Assembly (NCBI GenBank): GCA_043812955.1
Contig: JBDRLN010000076.1
Coordinates: 4,864 to 68,863 of the forward strand
Direction of reading: 5' to 3'
DNA length: 64,000 bases
DNA from: Candidatus Omnitrophota bacterium
Lineage (GTDB): Bacteria; Omnitrophota; Gorgyraeia; Gygaellales; Profunditerraquicolaceae
The notes under the pieces: generated by a model
The model's database searches: none
Told to the model about the DNA's origin: nothing
What the model saw: the letters and a program-made list of their open reading frames with translations, nothing else
Translations under genes and position numbers: made by a program
Shown: positions 48,885-58,441 of the stretch, piece after piece
Layout of the letters: every line of letters begins with the position of its first letter
Numbering within the stretch: the first letter of the stretch is position 1

Positions 48885-48954
48885 TAGCAGGTAGTAGATA
48901 GTAGGTAGAATGTAGGGTTTCCCCTAATTACTAGCTACTACATACTATCTACTA
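48885..48954. repeat. Inverted pair of TAGNNNN heptamer arrays overlapping the mnhG stop
   Basis: tagcagg tagtaga tagtagg tagaatg tagggtt, then ctaatta ctagcta ctacata ctatcta. Confidence 0.65.
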
Positions 48955-49282
48955 TTTTTTTATCTTCTTCGTACTTATCACAAACTGATTTTCCCCAGAG
49001 TTTTACTCCGGATTTATGGGCCGCCCGGGCTAAAACATGGGCAGAAACAGGGGCAGTCAATAATATAAATAAGATGCACAAAATTGCCTTTATGCCAGCG
49101 GCAGTAAATCCTTTAAATAGAAATAAACCAAATAATATCCCGCAGGTTCCCAGGGTAACGCTTTTTGTTGAAGCCTGCAGGCGATTATAAACATCCGGTA
49201 AACGGATTAGGCCCAGGCAGCCAAAAAAATCAAAGATAAGCCCGACAACTATAAAGAATATGCCGAATATCTCATTCATCAA
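48938..49282 (-). CDS. mnhG: Mrp/Mnh subunit G (MbhC-like)
   Basis: GLIRLPDVYNRLQASTK, TAPVSAH. Confidence 0.9.
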   Translation of the reverse strand: MMNEIFGIFFIVVGLIFDFFGCLGLIRLPDVYNRLQASTKSVTLGTCGILFGLFLFKGFTAAGIKAILCILFILLTAPVSAHVLARAAHKSGVKLWGKSVCDKYEEDKKIVDSM

Positions 49283-49631
49283 AATTTCTCCCTTCCAGAT
49301 ACTTGGCTAAAGCCAAAGTAGAGATGAAACTTTGCAAGGCCCAGGCAATACCTATATCAATATACCAATCCCTGCCCGTGGAAATAGACAGTATCGCGCA
49401 AAAACCTAAAATTAATATCCCCAATATATCGACAGCCACGGCCCTGTCTGCCGAGGTCGGGCCTTTAATAATCCGCCAGAGGCAAAAAAATGAACAAAAG
49501 AAAAGCGTCATAAAACCATGCCTTAAAAAAGGAGATTGCCATTCCAGTAAAGAATAAAAGGGAATAAAAATAATCGCCCCGAGAATAATTATAATTGCTG
49601 TCAGGCCTAATAACCAACGTAACCTTTTCAT
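49272..49631 (-). CDS. mnhF: Mrp/Mnh subunit F (MbhB-like)
   Basis: RIIKGPTSADRAVAVD, FISTLALAKYLEG. Confidence 0.88.
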   Translation of the reverse strand: MKRLRWLLGLTAIIIILGAIIFIPFYSLLEWQSPFLRHGFMTLFFCSFFCLWRIIKGPTSADRAVAVDILGILILGFCAILSISTGRDWYIDIGIAWALQSFISTLALAKYLEGRNFDE

Positions 49632-50125
49632 TCAAAAATCCTTTTTAAGAGCCGCTCGAACCTGCGGACAATAATCTCTGCGGCTTTCTGGGTATCCTGA
49701 TCTTTAATATAAATCCAGTGGATATATAAAAACCCATTTTCTTGATCTATATCCACGCTCATAGTACCGGGGGTAAGGGTAATAGAGTTAGCCAAAAAAG
49801 TCAGGGCTGTATCTGACTTTAAAATAGTCTTAACCTTGATTATCCCTGGATTAATAAGTAAATCCGGGTGAGCGACCCGATAAGCCACATCAATATTCGC
49901 CTTAATACATTCCCAGATAAATAAGGGGATATAATAAAGAAACCAGAGATATCGGCTGATTTGTTTAAATTTGTGCGGCCTTCTTATAAACATATCGCCG
50001 GTTACAAAAGAAACCAGGGCGCAGACCAGAATCCCGACGATAAAATGCTGCAGGTCCACCGGCCAAGATAAAAAAGACCAGACTATAATCGCAATCATAA
50101 ATAAAATTATTTGGCTTTTTCTCAT
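49628..50125 (-). CDS. mnhE: Mrp/Mnh subunit E (MbhA-like)
   Basis: ANIDVA, NPGII, LANSITLTPGT, LYIHW. Confidence 0.9.
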   Translation of the reverse strand: MRKSQIILFMIAIIVWSFLSWPVDLQHFIVGILVCALVSFVTGDMFIRRPHKFKQISRYLWFLYYIPLFIWECIKANIDVAYRVAHPDLLINPGIIKVKTILKSDTALTFLANSITLTPGTMSVDIDQENGFLYIHWIYIKDQDTQKAAEIIVRRFERLLKRIFE

Positions 50126-50136
50126 TGCAAATTAAC

Positions 50137-51624
50137 TTATCTTAAGGCGTTAAAAACAACGTCTTTATAACCATTGCCTAATAACAAAACGTCGGCCGCT
50201 GACTGCAAGAATGGTTTAAATAAAGGTATGATCAATAAACCGCCAACTAAGCAAATAATTGCTAAAGCTACCATAGATATTTGCATTGCCCAGGGCACCT
50301 CTTTTACACTAAGCCATTTTTCTTTTAACCTCCCTGAAAAAGCATATTTCTGCACCTTCATAAAAGAGGCTAAGGTAAGAATAGAGGCAGCTACCGCAAA
50401 TATGGCAAAAATAATTTTACCCGATTGGATACAGGCAAAAATTATCAAAAGCTTACTCCAAAAACCGTTAAAAGGCGGGATGCCGGCAATAGACATCGAG
50501 GCTACTAAATTTGTACTAGCAGTAACAGGCATCTTTTCTTTTAAACCGCCCATATCCTTCAGGTCTCTTGTGCCTAAGCTATAATCCAGCGCCCCCGAAT
50601 TTAAGAAAAGCAATGATTTAAATATAGAATGATTAAACAAATGGAATAACCCCGCCAGTATACCTAAGGGAGTACCTAAGCCAATACCTAAAATAACATA
50701 ACCGATCTGGCTTATGGAATGATACGCTAAAAGCCTTTTAAAATCCCATTGGACCAAGGCTAAGATTACTCCCATTAGCATTGAAATTATCCCTAAAAAC
50801 AACAGCACTGAAAGAATGCCGTTATTTATCCCGATAATATTAAAGAATATCCTTATTATGCAATAAACCCCCAGCACCTTTATCAATACCCCGGAAAGCA
50901 TTGCTGAAATAGATGCCGGCGCAGAAGGATGGGCATCCGGCAGCCAGGCGTGAAAAGGAACTAAAGCTGCCTTTAGGCCAAAGCCAGCTAAGAATAATAC
51001 CCCGACTAAACTAATCATTATACCTCCGGGCTTATTAGATAATACCAAAGCAATATCCGCCATATTTAAGGTAGAGGTATAACTATAAAGAAGGGCGATT
51101 CCTAATAACACAAAACTAGAGGCAACTGAGCCCATTATTGCGTATTTAAAAGAAGCCTCTAATTCCTCAGCCTCTGTGCCGAATGCCACTAAGGCATAGC
51201 TGGCGATAGAGGCAATTTCTAAAAAAACAAACAAATTAAATAAATCTCCGGTAATAATTATACCGTTCATCCCAGCCAGCATCAGCATAAATAAGGTATA
51301 AAACCGGTATTTATCCGTATATCTTTCCATATAATTAATGGAATAAATAGCCACCAGAAAACTAACTAAATTAACCGTAACTAACATAAAAGAGGCCAGG
51401 CCATCGAGGACCATGCTAATTCCTACGGGCGGCATCCAGCCTCCTATTTTATAGATAATAACCTTATGGGCCAGGACTTCTGAAATAGAATATACCGATA
51501 GGGCCAATAAACTAAATGTGCCTAAACTAGATAAGGAATCCCCAAGGCCTTTTATCCTCTTACCCAGGAGAGCGATAAGGAATGCTGCCAGCAAAGGAAT
51601 AACCGTAAAGAAAGGTAATATCAT
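50137..51624 (-). CDS. mnhD: MrpD/MbhH-like antiporter subunit
   Basis: TGDLFNLFVFLEI, PFHAWLPDAHPSAP, KRLLAYHSISQIGY, PPFNGFWSK. Confidence 0.87.
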   Translation of the reverse strand: MILPFFTVIPLLAAFLIALLGKRIKGLGDSLSSLGTFSLLALSVYSISEVLAHKVIIYKIGGWMPPVGISMVLDGLASFMLVTVNLVSFLVAIYSINYMERYTDKYRFYTLFMLMLAGMNGIIITGDLFNLFVFLEIASIASYALVAFGTEAEELEASFKYAIMGSVASSFVLLGIALLYSYTSTLNMADIALVLSNKPGGIMISLVGVLFLAGFGLKAALVPFHAWLPDAHPSAPASISAMLSGVLIKVLGVYCIIRIFFNIIGINNGILSVLLFLGIISMLMGVILALVQWDFKRLLAYHSISQIGYVILGIGLGTPLGILAGLFHLFNHSIFKSLLFLNSGALDYSLGTRDLKDMGGLKEKMPVTASTNLVASMSIAGIPPFNGFWSKLLIIFACIQSGKIIFAIFAVAASILTLASFMKVQKYAFSGRLKEKWLSVKEVPWAMQISMVALAIICLVGGLLIIPLFKPFLQSAADVLLLGNGYKDVVFNALR

Positions 51625-51959
51625 CCTTTTAATCTCCGGATTTTGGTAATATCAAAAGTGCCATACTTCTCATAAATTCTTATAGCAATAGCCACAATCA
51701 AGGCAGTAACCGCTAGGCCAATAACGATAGAGGTTAAAACTAAAGCCTGGGGCAAAGGATCAACCATATTTAAAATTATCTGATTCTTGGCTAATATGGG
51801 CGAGCGGCCATGCCAACGGTAGCCGATTAAGATTAAGAACAGGTTAACCGCGTATTCAATTATGCCTAAACCGATAACAATCTTAATAATATTCCTTTTT
51901 CTTAAAACACAGTAAAGCCCAATGGAAAATAAAATAAAACACAAGAAATATTCAATCAT
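51621..51959 (-). CDS. mnhC: Mrp/Mnh subunit C (MbhG-like)
   Basis: DPLPQALVLTSIVIG. Confidence 0.9.
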   Translation of the reverse strand: MIEYFLCFILFSIGLYCVLRKRNIIKIVIGLGIIEYAVNLFLILIGYRWHGRSPILAKNQIILNMVDPLPQALVLTSIVIGLAVTALIVAIAIRIYEKYGTFDITKIRRLKG

Positions 51960-52408
51960 TACTTATCTCCCCGGCCTTTAAATAAAATCAAGGCCGCAAA
52001 TATGGCAAATAATCCTGCGCCTACCTTAAGGGATATAGCGATATTGCACAAAGGTATAATCCCGGCTGAGAATAAAGCAAAAGGACTCCCTTTATGCAAG
52101 AAAAAATTAAAAAATAAATATCCCCCTGAAAAACCAATCAAGGCAATAGCTAAAAACATTAAAGCGCCGATATTCTCTAAAACCGAAGCCCGGCCCTGGG
52201 ATAATTTTTTTAAAACCGCTTCCCGGCCAAAAGCAAGCATAAGGTGGATAAAAGAAAGGGCAATGATTACTCCGCCGGCAAATCCTCCGCCAGGGCTTAA
52301 GTGGCCATGCAGAACAATATAAATCCCGTAGAGCAGGATAAGCCCTACGGTAAGCCGGGTAACTGTCTTAACAATCACAGTCATTCCTGTTTCTTTTTTA
52401 TTTTTCAT
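51959..52408 (-). CDS. mnhB: MrpB/MbhF-like subunit
   Basis: HGHLSPGGGFAGG. Confidence 0.88.
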   Translation of the reverse strand: MKNKKETGMTVIVKTVTRLTVGLILLYGIYIVLHGHLSPGGGFAGGVIIALSFIHLMLAFGREAVLKKLSQGRASVLENIGALMFLAIALIGFSGGYLFFNFFLHKGSPFALFSAGIIPLCNIAISLKVGAGLFAIFAALILFKGRGDK

Positions 52409-52919
52409 TTATCCTGCCCACTCTCCTTATAACCGCTAATACCCCGATCACTGCGGCAAAAAGGACAGTGACCTCTCCTAAAGTATCATAACCTCTATAA
52501 TCTAAAATTATAGCTGAAACGATATTAGCTGCCCCGGTTTTTTCTAATCCATTATTAATATACCCTTGGGCTACGCGCATAATCGGCTGGCCAAAAACCG
52601 GCAATTCCTTTAAACCAAAGTAGACCAGCATCAAAAAAACAACAATAAATAATAATGTAGAGCTGGTGTTAAAAAACCACCGGCCATCCCGAATCACCGG
52701 TAGGTCTTTATTTATAGTTGCCCGAATAAGGATAATAAGGCAGAGGATTTCTACCACCAGCTGAGTAATGGCTAAATCCGGGGCCTTTAAAATCAAAAAG
52801 GCCATAGATAAACCTAAGCCCACTGCCCCTACAGCAATGACGCTGGAAAGCAAATCTTCTACTTGAACAGCTACAATTGCCGCGCCGATCATGAATAATA
52901 AAAGTAATTGCAGTTCCAT
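52398..52919 (-). CDS. MbhD+MbhE-like subunit (MrpA C-terminal equivalent)
   Basis: APDLAITQ and NIVSAIILDYRGYDTLGE. Confidence 0.85.
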   Translation of the reverse strand: MELQLLLLFMIGAAIVAVQVEDLLSSVIAVGAVGLGLSMAFLILKAPDLAITQLVVEILCLIILIRATINKDLPVIRDGRWFFNTSSTLLFIVVFLMLVYFGLKELPVFGQPIMRVAQGYINNGLEKTGAANIVSAIILDYRGYDTLGEVTVLFAAVIGVLAVIRRVGRINEK

Positions 52920-52928
52920 ATAATAATC

Positions 52929-54584
52929 CTATCTTAATAAAACCCAGAACAATCCCACCATGCCTAATAAACACCAAACTAAATATGTAGGCAATATCCC
53001 GTTATGTAGATACTGGAATGCACTACCAATAGAAAACACTAAATTCTTTCCTTGCTCGTAGATATCAAATAGCCCGGCCTGGGCCTTTTTGTAAATTAAA
53101 GCCAATACCGGCAGCTCTTTGATGGTGTTATAAAAATCAGTCCCGCTAATTTTATTCTCCTGGATATCCCTGGTTTCGCTTCCGGTAAAAGAACTATCCT
53201 GACGCACAACAAACTTTAGGCCTTTTAATTTAAATATTAAAAACCCTAAAACTAAACTAATGATGATAAGCCAGGTAGATAACAAAGCAGACCAGGTTCC
53301 GATAAAAGAAACTCCCTTTATAGCCGGAAATATAAAGTATTTAAGCGGAATTTGATAAGCTAATACGCCGAATACCACACAGGTAATTGCCAGTATTAAA
53401 CAGGGCAGCCACATCTGCCAGGAAACCTCTTTTACTTGCCTGTTTGTTTTCCGGCCTAAAAAAACCGCATGAATTAGTTTCATAAAACTGGCTAAGGTCA
53501 AACCCGAACCAAACATTGCCGCGGCCAGGCTGAAGATTGCTATAATCCGTAAAGTCTGATTCCCGGCTCCTAATAGGCTGACCAAGCCCTGATAGATCAT
53601 CCACTTAGAGACAAACCCGTTAAAAGGCGGAACGCCGGATATAGAAAGGCTGGCGACCAAAGAAGAAATAAAGGTAATAGGCATGGATTTACTTAAACCG
53701 CCTAATTCATCAAGTTCAGAGGTTTTGGTCCGATATTCTACGTTTCCGGCAGTCAAAAATAAACAAGATTTATACACGGCATGATTAAGCATGTGGAATA
53801 TTCCACCAGCAATACCAATAGGATTACCGGTGCCTATACCTAAAACCATATATCCTACCTGCGAAACCGCATGATAACCCAGAAGCCTCTTCATATTATG
53901 CTGGACTAAAGCCATCATTACTGCGGCAATAATAGTAAAGGCCCCGGTAATCATAAGAAATATATTCAGGGCCTGATTCATCGTAAATAGATTCAAAGAA
54001 ATCCGGGTTAATAAATAAATCCCCAGTAACTTATCTAAGGAAGCGGGTAAAAATGCCACAACCGGAATAGGTGCGGATTTAGCACAATCAGGAATCCAGG
54101 AGTGAAAAGGCATTGCTCCGGCCTTGGCAAAACAGGCAATGGCTAAGCATAAGTACGCCAAAGTAGGTAGTAAGTAGTAATTAGTAGATAGGGCGATTTT
54201 TATTTTGTCTATTTGAAAAGTACCGGTTAAATAATAGATTATGCCTATGCCAAACAACATCAGGGCATCCGTCCCTCCCACGATTATAAAAGTCTTTTTT
54301 GCCGCTAAACTTGACTCATCATTACCCATAGCGATAAGAAGATATAAGGTCAAGCCTAAAAAACCCCAACAGATTAAAAGCAGAATAAGATTGTTGGCCA
54401 GCACGGTTCCTATTGCTACCAAGGCAGTCAAGACTACATATACATAATACTGGGCTGCCTGGGGTTTGCCTTTTCTAAACTTAAATGAATAAACTAATAT
54501 TAAAACCGAAAAGGCAGCTATAGCCAAAGCAACAAAACCGCTTAGCGCGTCTAATTTAAACCAGGGATAGAAAATATTAGTCAT
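52929..54584 (-). CDS. Second antiporter-like subunit (NuoL/MrpA/HyfB-like)
   Basis: KAGAMPFHSWIPD, KRLLGYHAVSQVGY, PPFNGFVSKW, C-terminal HNGILPTY. Confidence 0.87.
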   Translation of the reverse strand: MTNIFYPWFKLDALSGFVALAIAAFSVLILVYSFKFRKGKPQAAQYYVYVVLTALVAIGTVLANNLILLLICWGFLGLTLYLLIAMGNDESSLAAKKTFIIVGGTDALMLFGIGIIYYLTGTFQIDKIKIALSTNYYLLPTLAYLCLAIACFAKAGAMPFHSWIPDCAKSAPIPVVAFLPASLDKLLGIYLLTRISLNLFTMNQALNIFLMITGAFTIIAAVMMALVQHNMKRLLGYHAVSQVGYMVLGIGTGNPIGIAGGIFHMLNHAVYKSCLFLTAGNVEYRTKTSELDELGGLSKSMPITFISSLVASLSISGVPPFNGFVSKWMIYQGLVSLLGAGNQTLRIIAIFSLAAAMFGSGLTLASFMKLIHAVFLGRKTNRQVKEVSWQMWLPCLILAITCVVFGVLAYQIPLKYFIFPAIKGVSFIGTWSALLSTWLIIISLVLGFLIFKLKGLKFVVRQDSSFTGSETRDIQENKISGTDFYNTIKELPVLALIYKKAQAGLFDIYEQGKNLVFSIGSAFQYLHNGILPTYLVWCLLGMVGLFWVLLR

Positions 54585-55198
54585 GATTTTATTTTGGCTA
54601 AATTCCTAGCGATATTTTTAGTATGATGATAAACCTCAGCCGTAAAATCCAGCATATTTATATACATATTGCAGGACATCGGGCTGCAGACTCCTTCGAT
54701 CACCCTCTCGGTATGCCTCCTACGATAATCATCAACTAAGTTATTCACACCCTTATGCCCCTGAGAAAGCTCTTTTAATACACCAACCTCATCTTTAGAA
54801 AAGGCATCGACTAATTTCTTTAATTCATTTTCGACTATATTATACAAAGCAATATATTCCTTTACTGCCTCATCGCTAAAAAGCAGCCTCTCTTCAATCT
54901 TAATCTGGACCCTCTCCAATATATCTTTGCAATAATCTCCGATAAGCTCTAGGTCTCCCGTCACGTCGGCATAGATAACAGCGCTTTGTTTAGTCTGGCC
55001 ATTCGTGGCCTTGACTAAATTAATCAACCCTGTATTAATCTCTTTTTCATAGTTATTTAGCCTGTCTTCATCTTTTAAAACCTCTGCCAGCAAATCCAGG
55101 TCATGCTCCATAAAAGTTTTAAAAGTTGTCTGCCACATCTTTAAAGTTAAAAAAGCCATTTTCACAACTTCACCTTTGATAGTCTCTAGGTCAGCCAT
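54581..55198 (-). CDS. PhoU-domain protein within the hydrogenase operon
   Basis: EDRLNNYEKEI, DLELIGDY, RRRHTERVIEGVCSP PhoU-type repeats; overlaps both neighbours. Confidence 0.8.
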   Translation of the reverse strand: MADLETIKGEVVKMAFLTLKMWQTTFKTFMEHDLDLLAEVLKDEDRLNNYEKEINTGLINLVKATNGQTKQSAVIYADVTGDLELIGDYCKDILERVQIKIEERLLFSDEAVKEYIALYNIVENELKKLVDAFSKDEVGVLKELSQGHKGVNNLVDDYRRRHTERVIEGVCSPMSCNMYINMLDFTAEVYHHTKNIARNLAKIKS

Positions 55199-56381
55199 TC
55201 TCCAACCCCTTTTTTAATCTTTCAGTCTTATCCTGAGACAATTTAATTAAATCAAACCCATTTAAAATCTTCTTATCGCTTAATTTATCGATCACCGCGG
55301 TCCTTTCAGTACAACAATAACAGGGATCAACCGCAGCCAGGGTAATTGCCGCATCCGAGATAGTCCCGCCAACTGCGCCTACTTTATTGGAAGCTACATT
55401 CACATAGCTAGGGGCGCGGATCTTATGCCTTATTGGCCGGTTAGTCCCATCAGATTTAACATAATGGAAACATTCACCCCGAGGCGCCTCGATCCTGCCA
55501 ATACCTTCACCAGGCGGTATCTGCTTAGGATTAGCGTCAATCTCTCCCTTGGGCATCTTATCTAAACATTGACGGATAATACTTATGGACTCTCCTAATT
55601 CCAAAACTCTCACTACTGTTTTAGCAAAGATATCCCCTTCTTCCTGGACAATAACCTTCCAATCTAACCTAGCGTAAGCAGCATAAAGATCATCCCGGCG
55701 CAGATCAATATTTAATCCTGAAGCCCGGGCTGTAGGCCCAACTACGCACCAATCTATAGCCTGTTGTTTAGTTAAAATCCCTACTCCTTTAAGCCGGGAT
55801 TGAATAACCGGGTCATCCATAACCGCGCCCTTAAACATGCCCACTATCGGGACTAAATCATCCAGGGTCTTCTTTAATACCGGTACGTCTTCATCTAAAA
55901 TATCCCTTCTCACTCCGCCTATTTTCATCATCGCGTAGTGGTTACGGTTACCGGAAATCATTTCAAACATATCTAAGACCGGTTCGCGGTATCTCCAGGC
56001 CCACATCCAAACCGTATTATAACCTATAAAATGGCCGGCTAAACCCACCCATAAAAGATGGCTATGGATCCTTTCTAATTCAGCGATTATAGTCCGGATA
56101 TAAAGAGCTCTTTCCGGCACCTGGATATTAGCTAAATCCTCCATTGCCTGACAATAAGCCATAGGATGGCTATTAGAACAAATCCCGCAAATACGCTCTA
56201 CTAAAAAGGCAACCTGGTCAAAATGCTTAGACTCAGACAGCTTTTCGATTCCCCGGTGCATATAACCTATAACTATATCTATATCAACTACTTTTTCTCC
56301 CTCAACATAGAGCCGGAAATACTCAGGCTCTTCCTGTAAAGGATGGTAAGGACCGATAGGAACAACTATCTTGTGCGACAT
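55191..56381 (-). CDS. Group 4 [NiFe]-hydrogenase large subunit (probably 4g)
   Basis: GPYHPLQEEP, HRGIEK, L1 ERICGICS, EAPRGE, RAPS, L2 DPCYCCTER plus a C-terminal extension. Confidence 0.92.
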   Translation of the reverse strand: MSHKIVVPIGPYHPLQEEPEYFRLYVEGEKVVDIDIVIGYMHRGIEKLSESKHFDQVAFLVERICGICSNSHPMAYCQAMEDLANIQVPERALYIRTIIAELERIHSHLLWVGLAGHFIGYNTVWMWAWRYREPVLDMFEMISGNRNHYAMMKIGGVRRDILDEDVPVLKKTLDDLVPIVGMFKGAVMDDPVIQSRLKGVGILTKQQAIDWCVVGPTARASGLNIDLRRDDLYAAYARLDWKVIVQEEGDIFAKTVVRVLELGESISIIRQCLDKMPKGEIDANPKQIPPGEGIGRIEAPRGECFHYVKSDGTNRPIRHKIRAPSYVNVASNKVGAVGGTISDAAITLAAVDPCYCCTERTAVIDKLSDKKILNGFDLIKLSQDKTERLKKGLENG

Positions 56382-56396
56382 CGAACTCCTTAATAC

Positions 56397-56478
56397 GCCT
56401 GCCGTAGGCAGGCATTCAGTGAGATCCGCCGAAGCGCGCCAGGGCTTTTTTGTACCCTATTAAAGTGCGAAGGCGGAT
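56397..56478. repeat. GCCTGCC-gta-GGCAGGC hairpin plus ATCCGCC-GAA-GC...GC-GAA-GGCGGAT element (family B)
   Basis: 56397-56413 and 56424-56478; family B recurs at 62887-62976. Confidence 0.75.
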
Positions 56479-56492
56479 AAAACTCTTAGTTC

Positions 56493-56993
56493 TTAATCCT
56501 TGTGTTCATGTTCATGTTCATGTTCATGTTCATGTTCATGTTCATGTTCATCTTCATGTTCATCTTCATGTTCATGCCTCAAAGGAAATTCGCCCTGCGG
56601 CCATTCTTCAGCCAAAAGCAAACGCTTAAGATTAGGGTGGCCGATAAAATTAACGCCTAACAATTCCCAAATCTCTCTTTCTATCCATTCTGCTCCAATA
56701 ATTATAGGGGTAATTGAATCTACCGTAGGATTTTTCTTATCTTCCAAATTCACCCGTAAAGATATAACTTCACCAGAGGCATCAGCGCTAAAATGATAAA
56801 TTATCTCAAAGCCATCAGGGTTTTCCTGTCCTGAAGCGGTAATAAACCTTAAGCCTAGCTCCTTAAATAATAAGGTTACTGTTGTTTTTAAATCTTTCTG
56901 TTTAATAAAGATGTATACCCTTCTAAGCGAATGCTCATTCCAGTCAATTATGGCCCGGGATAATTTTTCCTTAATCTCTTCGCGAATAGACAT
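56493..56993 (-). CDS. NuoC/MbhK-like subunit with His-Glu repeat tail
   Basis: IIYHF, AEWIEREIWELLGVNFIGHP, FPLR then HEHEDEHEDE(HE)7HKD. Confidence 0.9.
   Translation of the reverse strand: MSIREEIKEKLSRAIIDWNEHSLRRVYIFIKQKDLKTTVTLLFKELGLRFITASGQENPDGFEIIYHFSADASGEVISLRVNLEDKKNPTVDSITPIIIGAEWIEREIWELLGVNFIGHPNLKRLLLAEEWPQGEFPLRHEHEDEHEDEHEHEHEHEHEHEHEHKD
56502..56576 (-). repeat. In-frame hexamer microsatellite (CATGAA/GATGAA x12)
   Basis: TGTTCA reiterated on the + strand; encodes 25 aa with 11 His. Confidence 0.92.
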
Positions 56994-57418
56994 TATTTAT
57001 TACCTTTCACTTTTTCTATTAACTTAACAACGCCGGCAATAATCGCCTCAGGCTTTGGCGGGCAACCCGGTACATAGGCATCTACAGGGATTATTTCGTC
57101 TACCGGACAAGGACTATTGTAAGACTCTCTAAACATTATCCTTCCGCAAGCGCAGCTACCGATGGCAATTACTAAACAGGGCTTAGGCGCCTGTTCATAA
57201 AGCCTTTTCAATATCTCTTTAGTCTTATAATTTGGCACTCCGGTAACCAAAAGCACATCCGCATGCCTGACGCTTCCTACCAGGGTTATCCCAAACCTCT
57301 CCACATCATGACGAGGGGTTAAGACATCCAAAATTTCAATGTCACAGTTATTGCAAGGCGAAGCTGCGGCATGAAATACCCATAATGATTTAGTCAAGGC
57401 CTTAAGTTTAATATTCAT
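56993..57418 (-). CDS. Group 4 hydrogenase small subunit (NuoB-like)
   Basis: CNNCDIE, DVERFG, RHAD, GSCA, PGCPPKP. Confidence 0.92.
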   Translation of the reverse strand: MNIKLKALTKSLWVFHAAASPCNNCDIEILDVLTPRHDVERFGITLVGSVRHADVLLVTGVPNYKTKEILKRLYEQAPKPCLVIAIGSCACGRIMFRESYNSPCPVDEIIPVDAYVPGCPPKPEAIIAGVVKLIEKVKGNK

Positions 57419-57529
57419 ATCAAATCAGATTAAAGATTTAAGATTTCCCGCTCAGAATTTTTATGATCAAACGGGATCCCGCATTTGCTCCAATTCTGTT
57501 GCGGGAAAAGATAGCTCAAAGTTAAAAGT

Positions 57530-58441
57530 TTAAAGTCCAAATAGTGCTAGCGTTAAACCGAGTAACGCTGCTAATGTTAATTTTCCCCAGAAAAACCTGA
57601 CCGCCTGATCAATACGTACTCGGGGATTGGTATTTTTTATCAGGATTATTATAACCAATATAGCGATAAATTTCCCGATTAAAAACAAAGGGCTTAAATC
57701 TTTAGCCCAGAATAGCGTTATTAGAAATATAGGCAAAGTATAAAGTAATAGGGCCTTAGTTAGTTTAAAAACTGCCAAAGGAAGACCGGAATATTCAATC
57801 AAGGTTCCAGCCATTATCTCCTGCTCAGCCTCAGAGATGTCAAAAGGGGCCAGGCCTAACTTAGCCTGGATACAAAGTAAAGCCACTATAAAAGCTATTG
57901 CCCCGGAAAAAGAAATCATATTGGAACCAAAACTAACCTGATGGGCCAATATATTACCTAACTGAATACTCCCACCGGATTTTAGGATAACCGTAATTAC
58001 GGATAATATAAACGGCAGCTCATAAGCTAAAACTAATTTCATCTCCCGAGAGGCGCCTACCGAAGCTAGCGGGTTAGCTGATGCAGATGCTCCAATAATC
58101 ATGGCTATCGCCGGCATGGTCATAAGATATATAACTACGATTAAATCCCCTAAAAAACCCTGGCCAGAATAAATAATATTTAATCCTAAAATAGTACTTA
58201 CCAGGCCTAAGCTTAATAACCCTAAGCAAGGGGCCAAAAGAAATGTGGTTTTTGCGCCCTCAGGACAAATAATTTCTTTACCGGATAATTTTATAATATC
58301 CACAAAATTCTGGTACCAAGGCGGGCCTACCCTCCATTGCAAGCGAGCAGTTACCTTTCTATCCACCCAGCAAGCCAATAGCCCGATAACTGCACTGAAT
58401 AATAAACCCGGAAATATTAAATAATAGAGTAGAAATTTCAT
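57530..58441 (-). CDS. NuoH/MbhM-like membrane subunit
   Basis: DRKVTARLQWRVGP, GASRE, PFDISEAEQEI...EYSG, PRVRIDQ; ATG at 58441 overlaps the upstream TGA. Confidence 0.9.
   Translation of the reverse strand: MKFLLYYLIFPGLLFSAVIGLLACWVDRKVTARLQWRVGPPWYQNFVDIIKLSGKEIICPEGAKTTFLLAPCLGLLSLGLVSTILGLNIIYSGQGFLGDLIVVIYLMTMPAIAMIIGASASANPLASVGASREMKLVLAYELPFILSVITVILKSGGSIQLGNILAHQVSFGSNMISFSGAIAFIVALLCIQAKLGLAPFDISEAEQEIMAGTLIEYSGLPLAVFKLTKALLLYTLPIFLITLFWAKDLSPLFLIGKFIAILVIIILIKNTNPRVRIDQAVRFFWGKLTLAALLGLTLALFGL

Noticed and set aside
52708-53604. Alternative-frame ORFs at 52708-52977 and 53341-53604, and the many short antisense ORFs in the track
   Set aside because: They lie almost entirely within well-supported genes and carry no motifs
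56500-56796. Plus-strand ORF with a (CS)n repeat that looks like a metal-binding peptide
   Set aside because: Antisense reading of the His-Glu microsatellite of the nuoC-like gene
48267-58441. Complex I or a cofactor-less Mbx/Ehr complex
   Set aside because: All four Ni-binding Cys are present in the large subunit and the small subunit has CxxC
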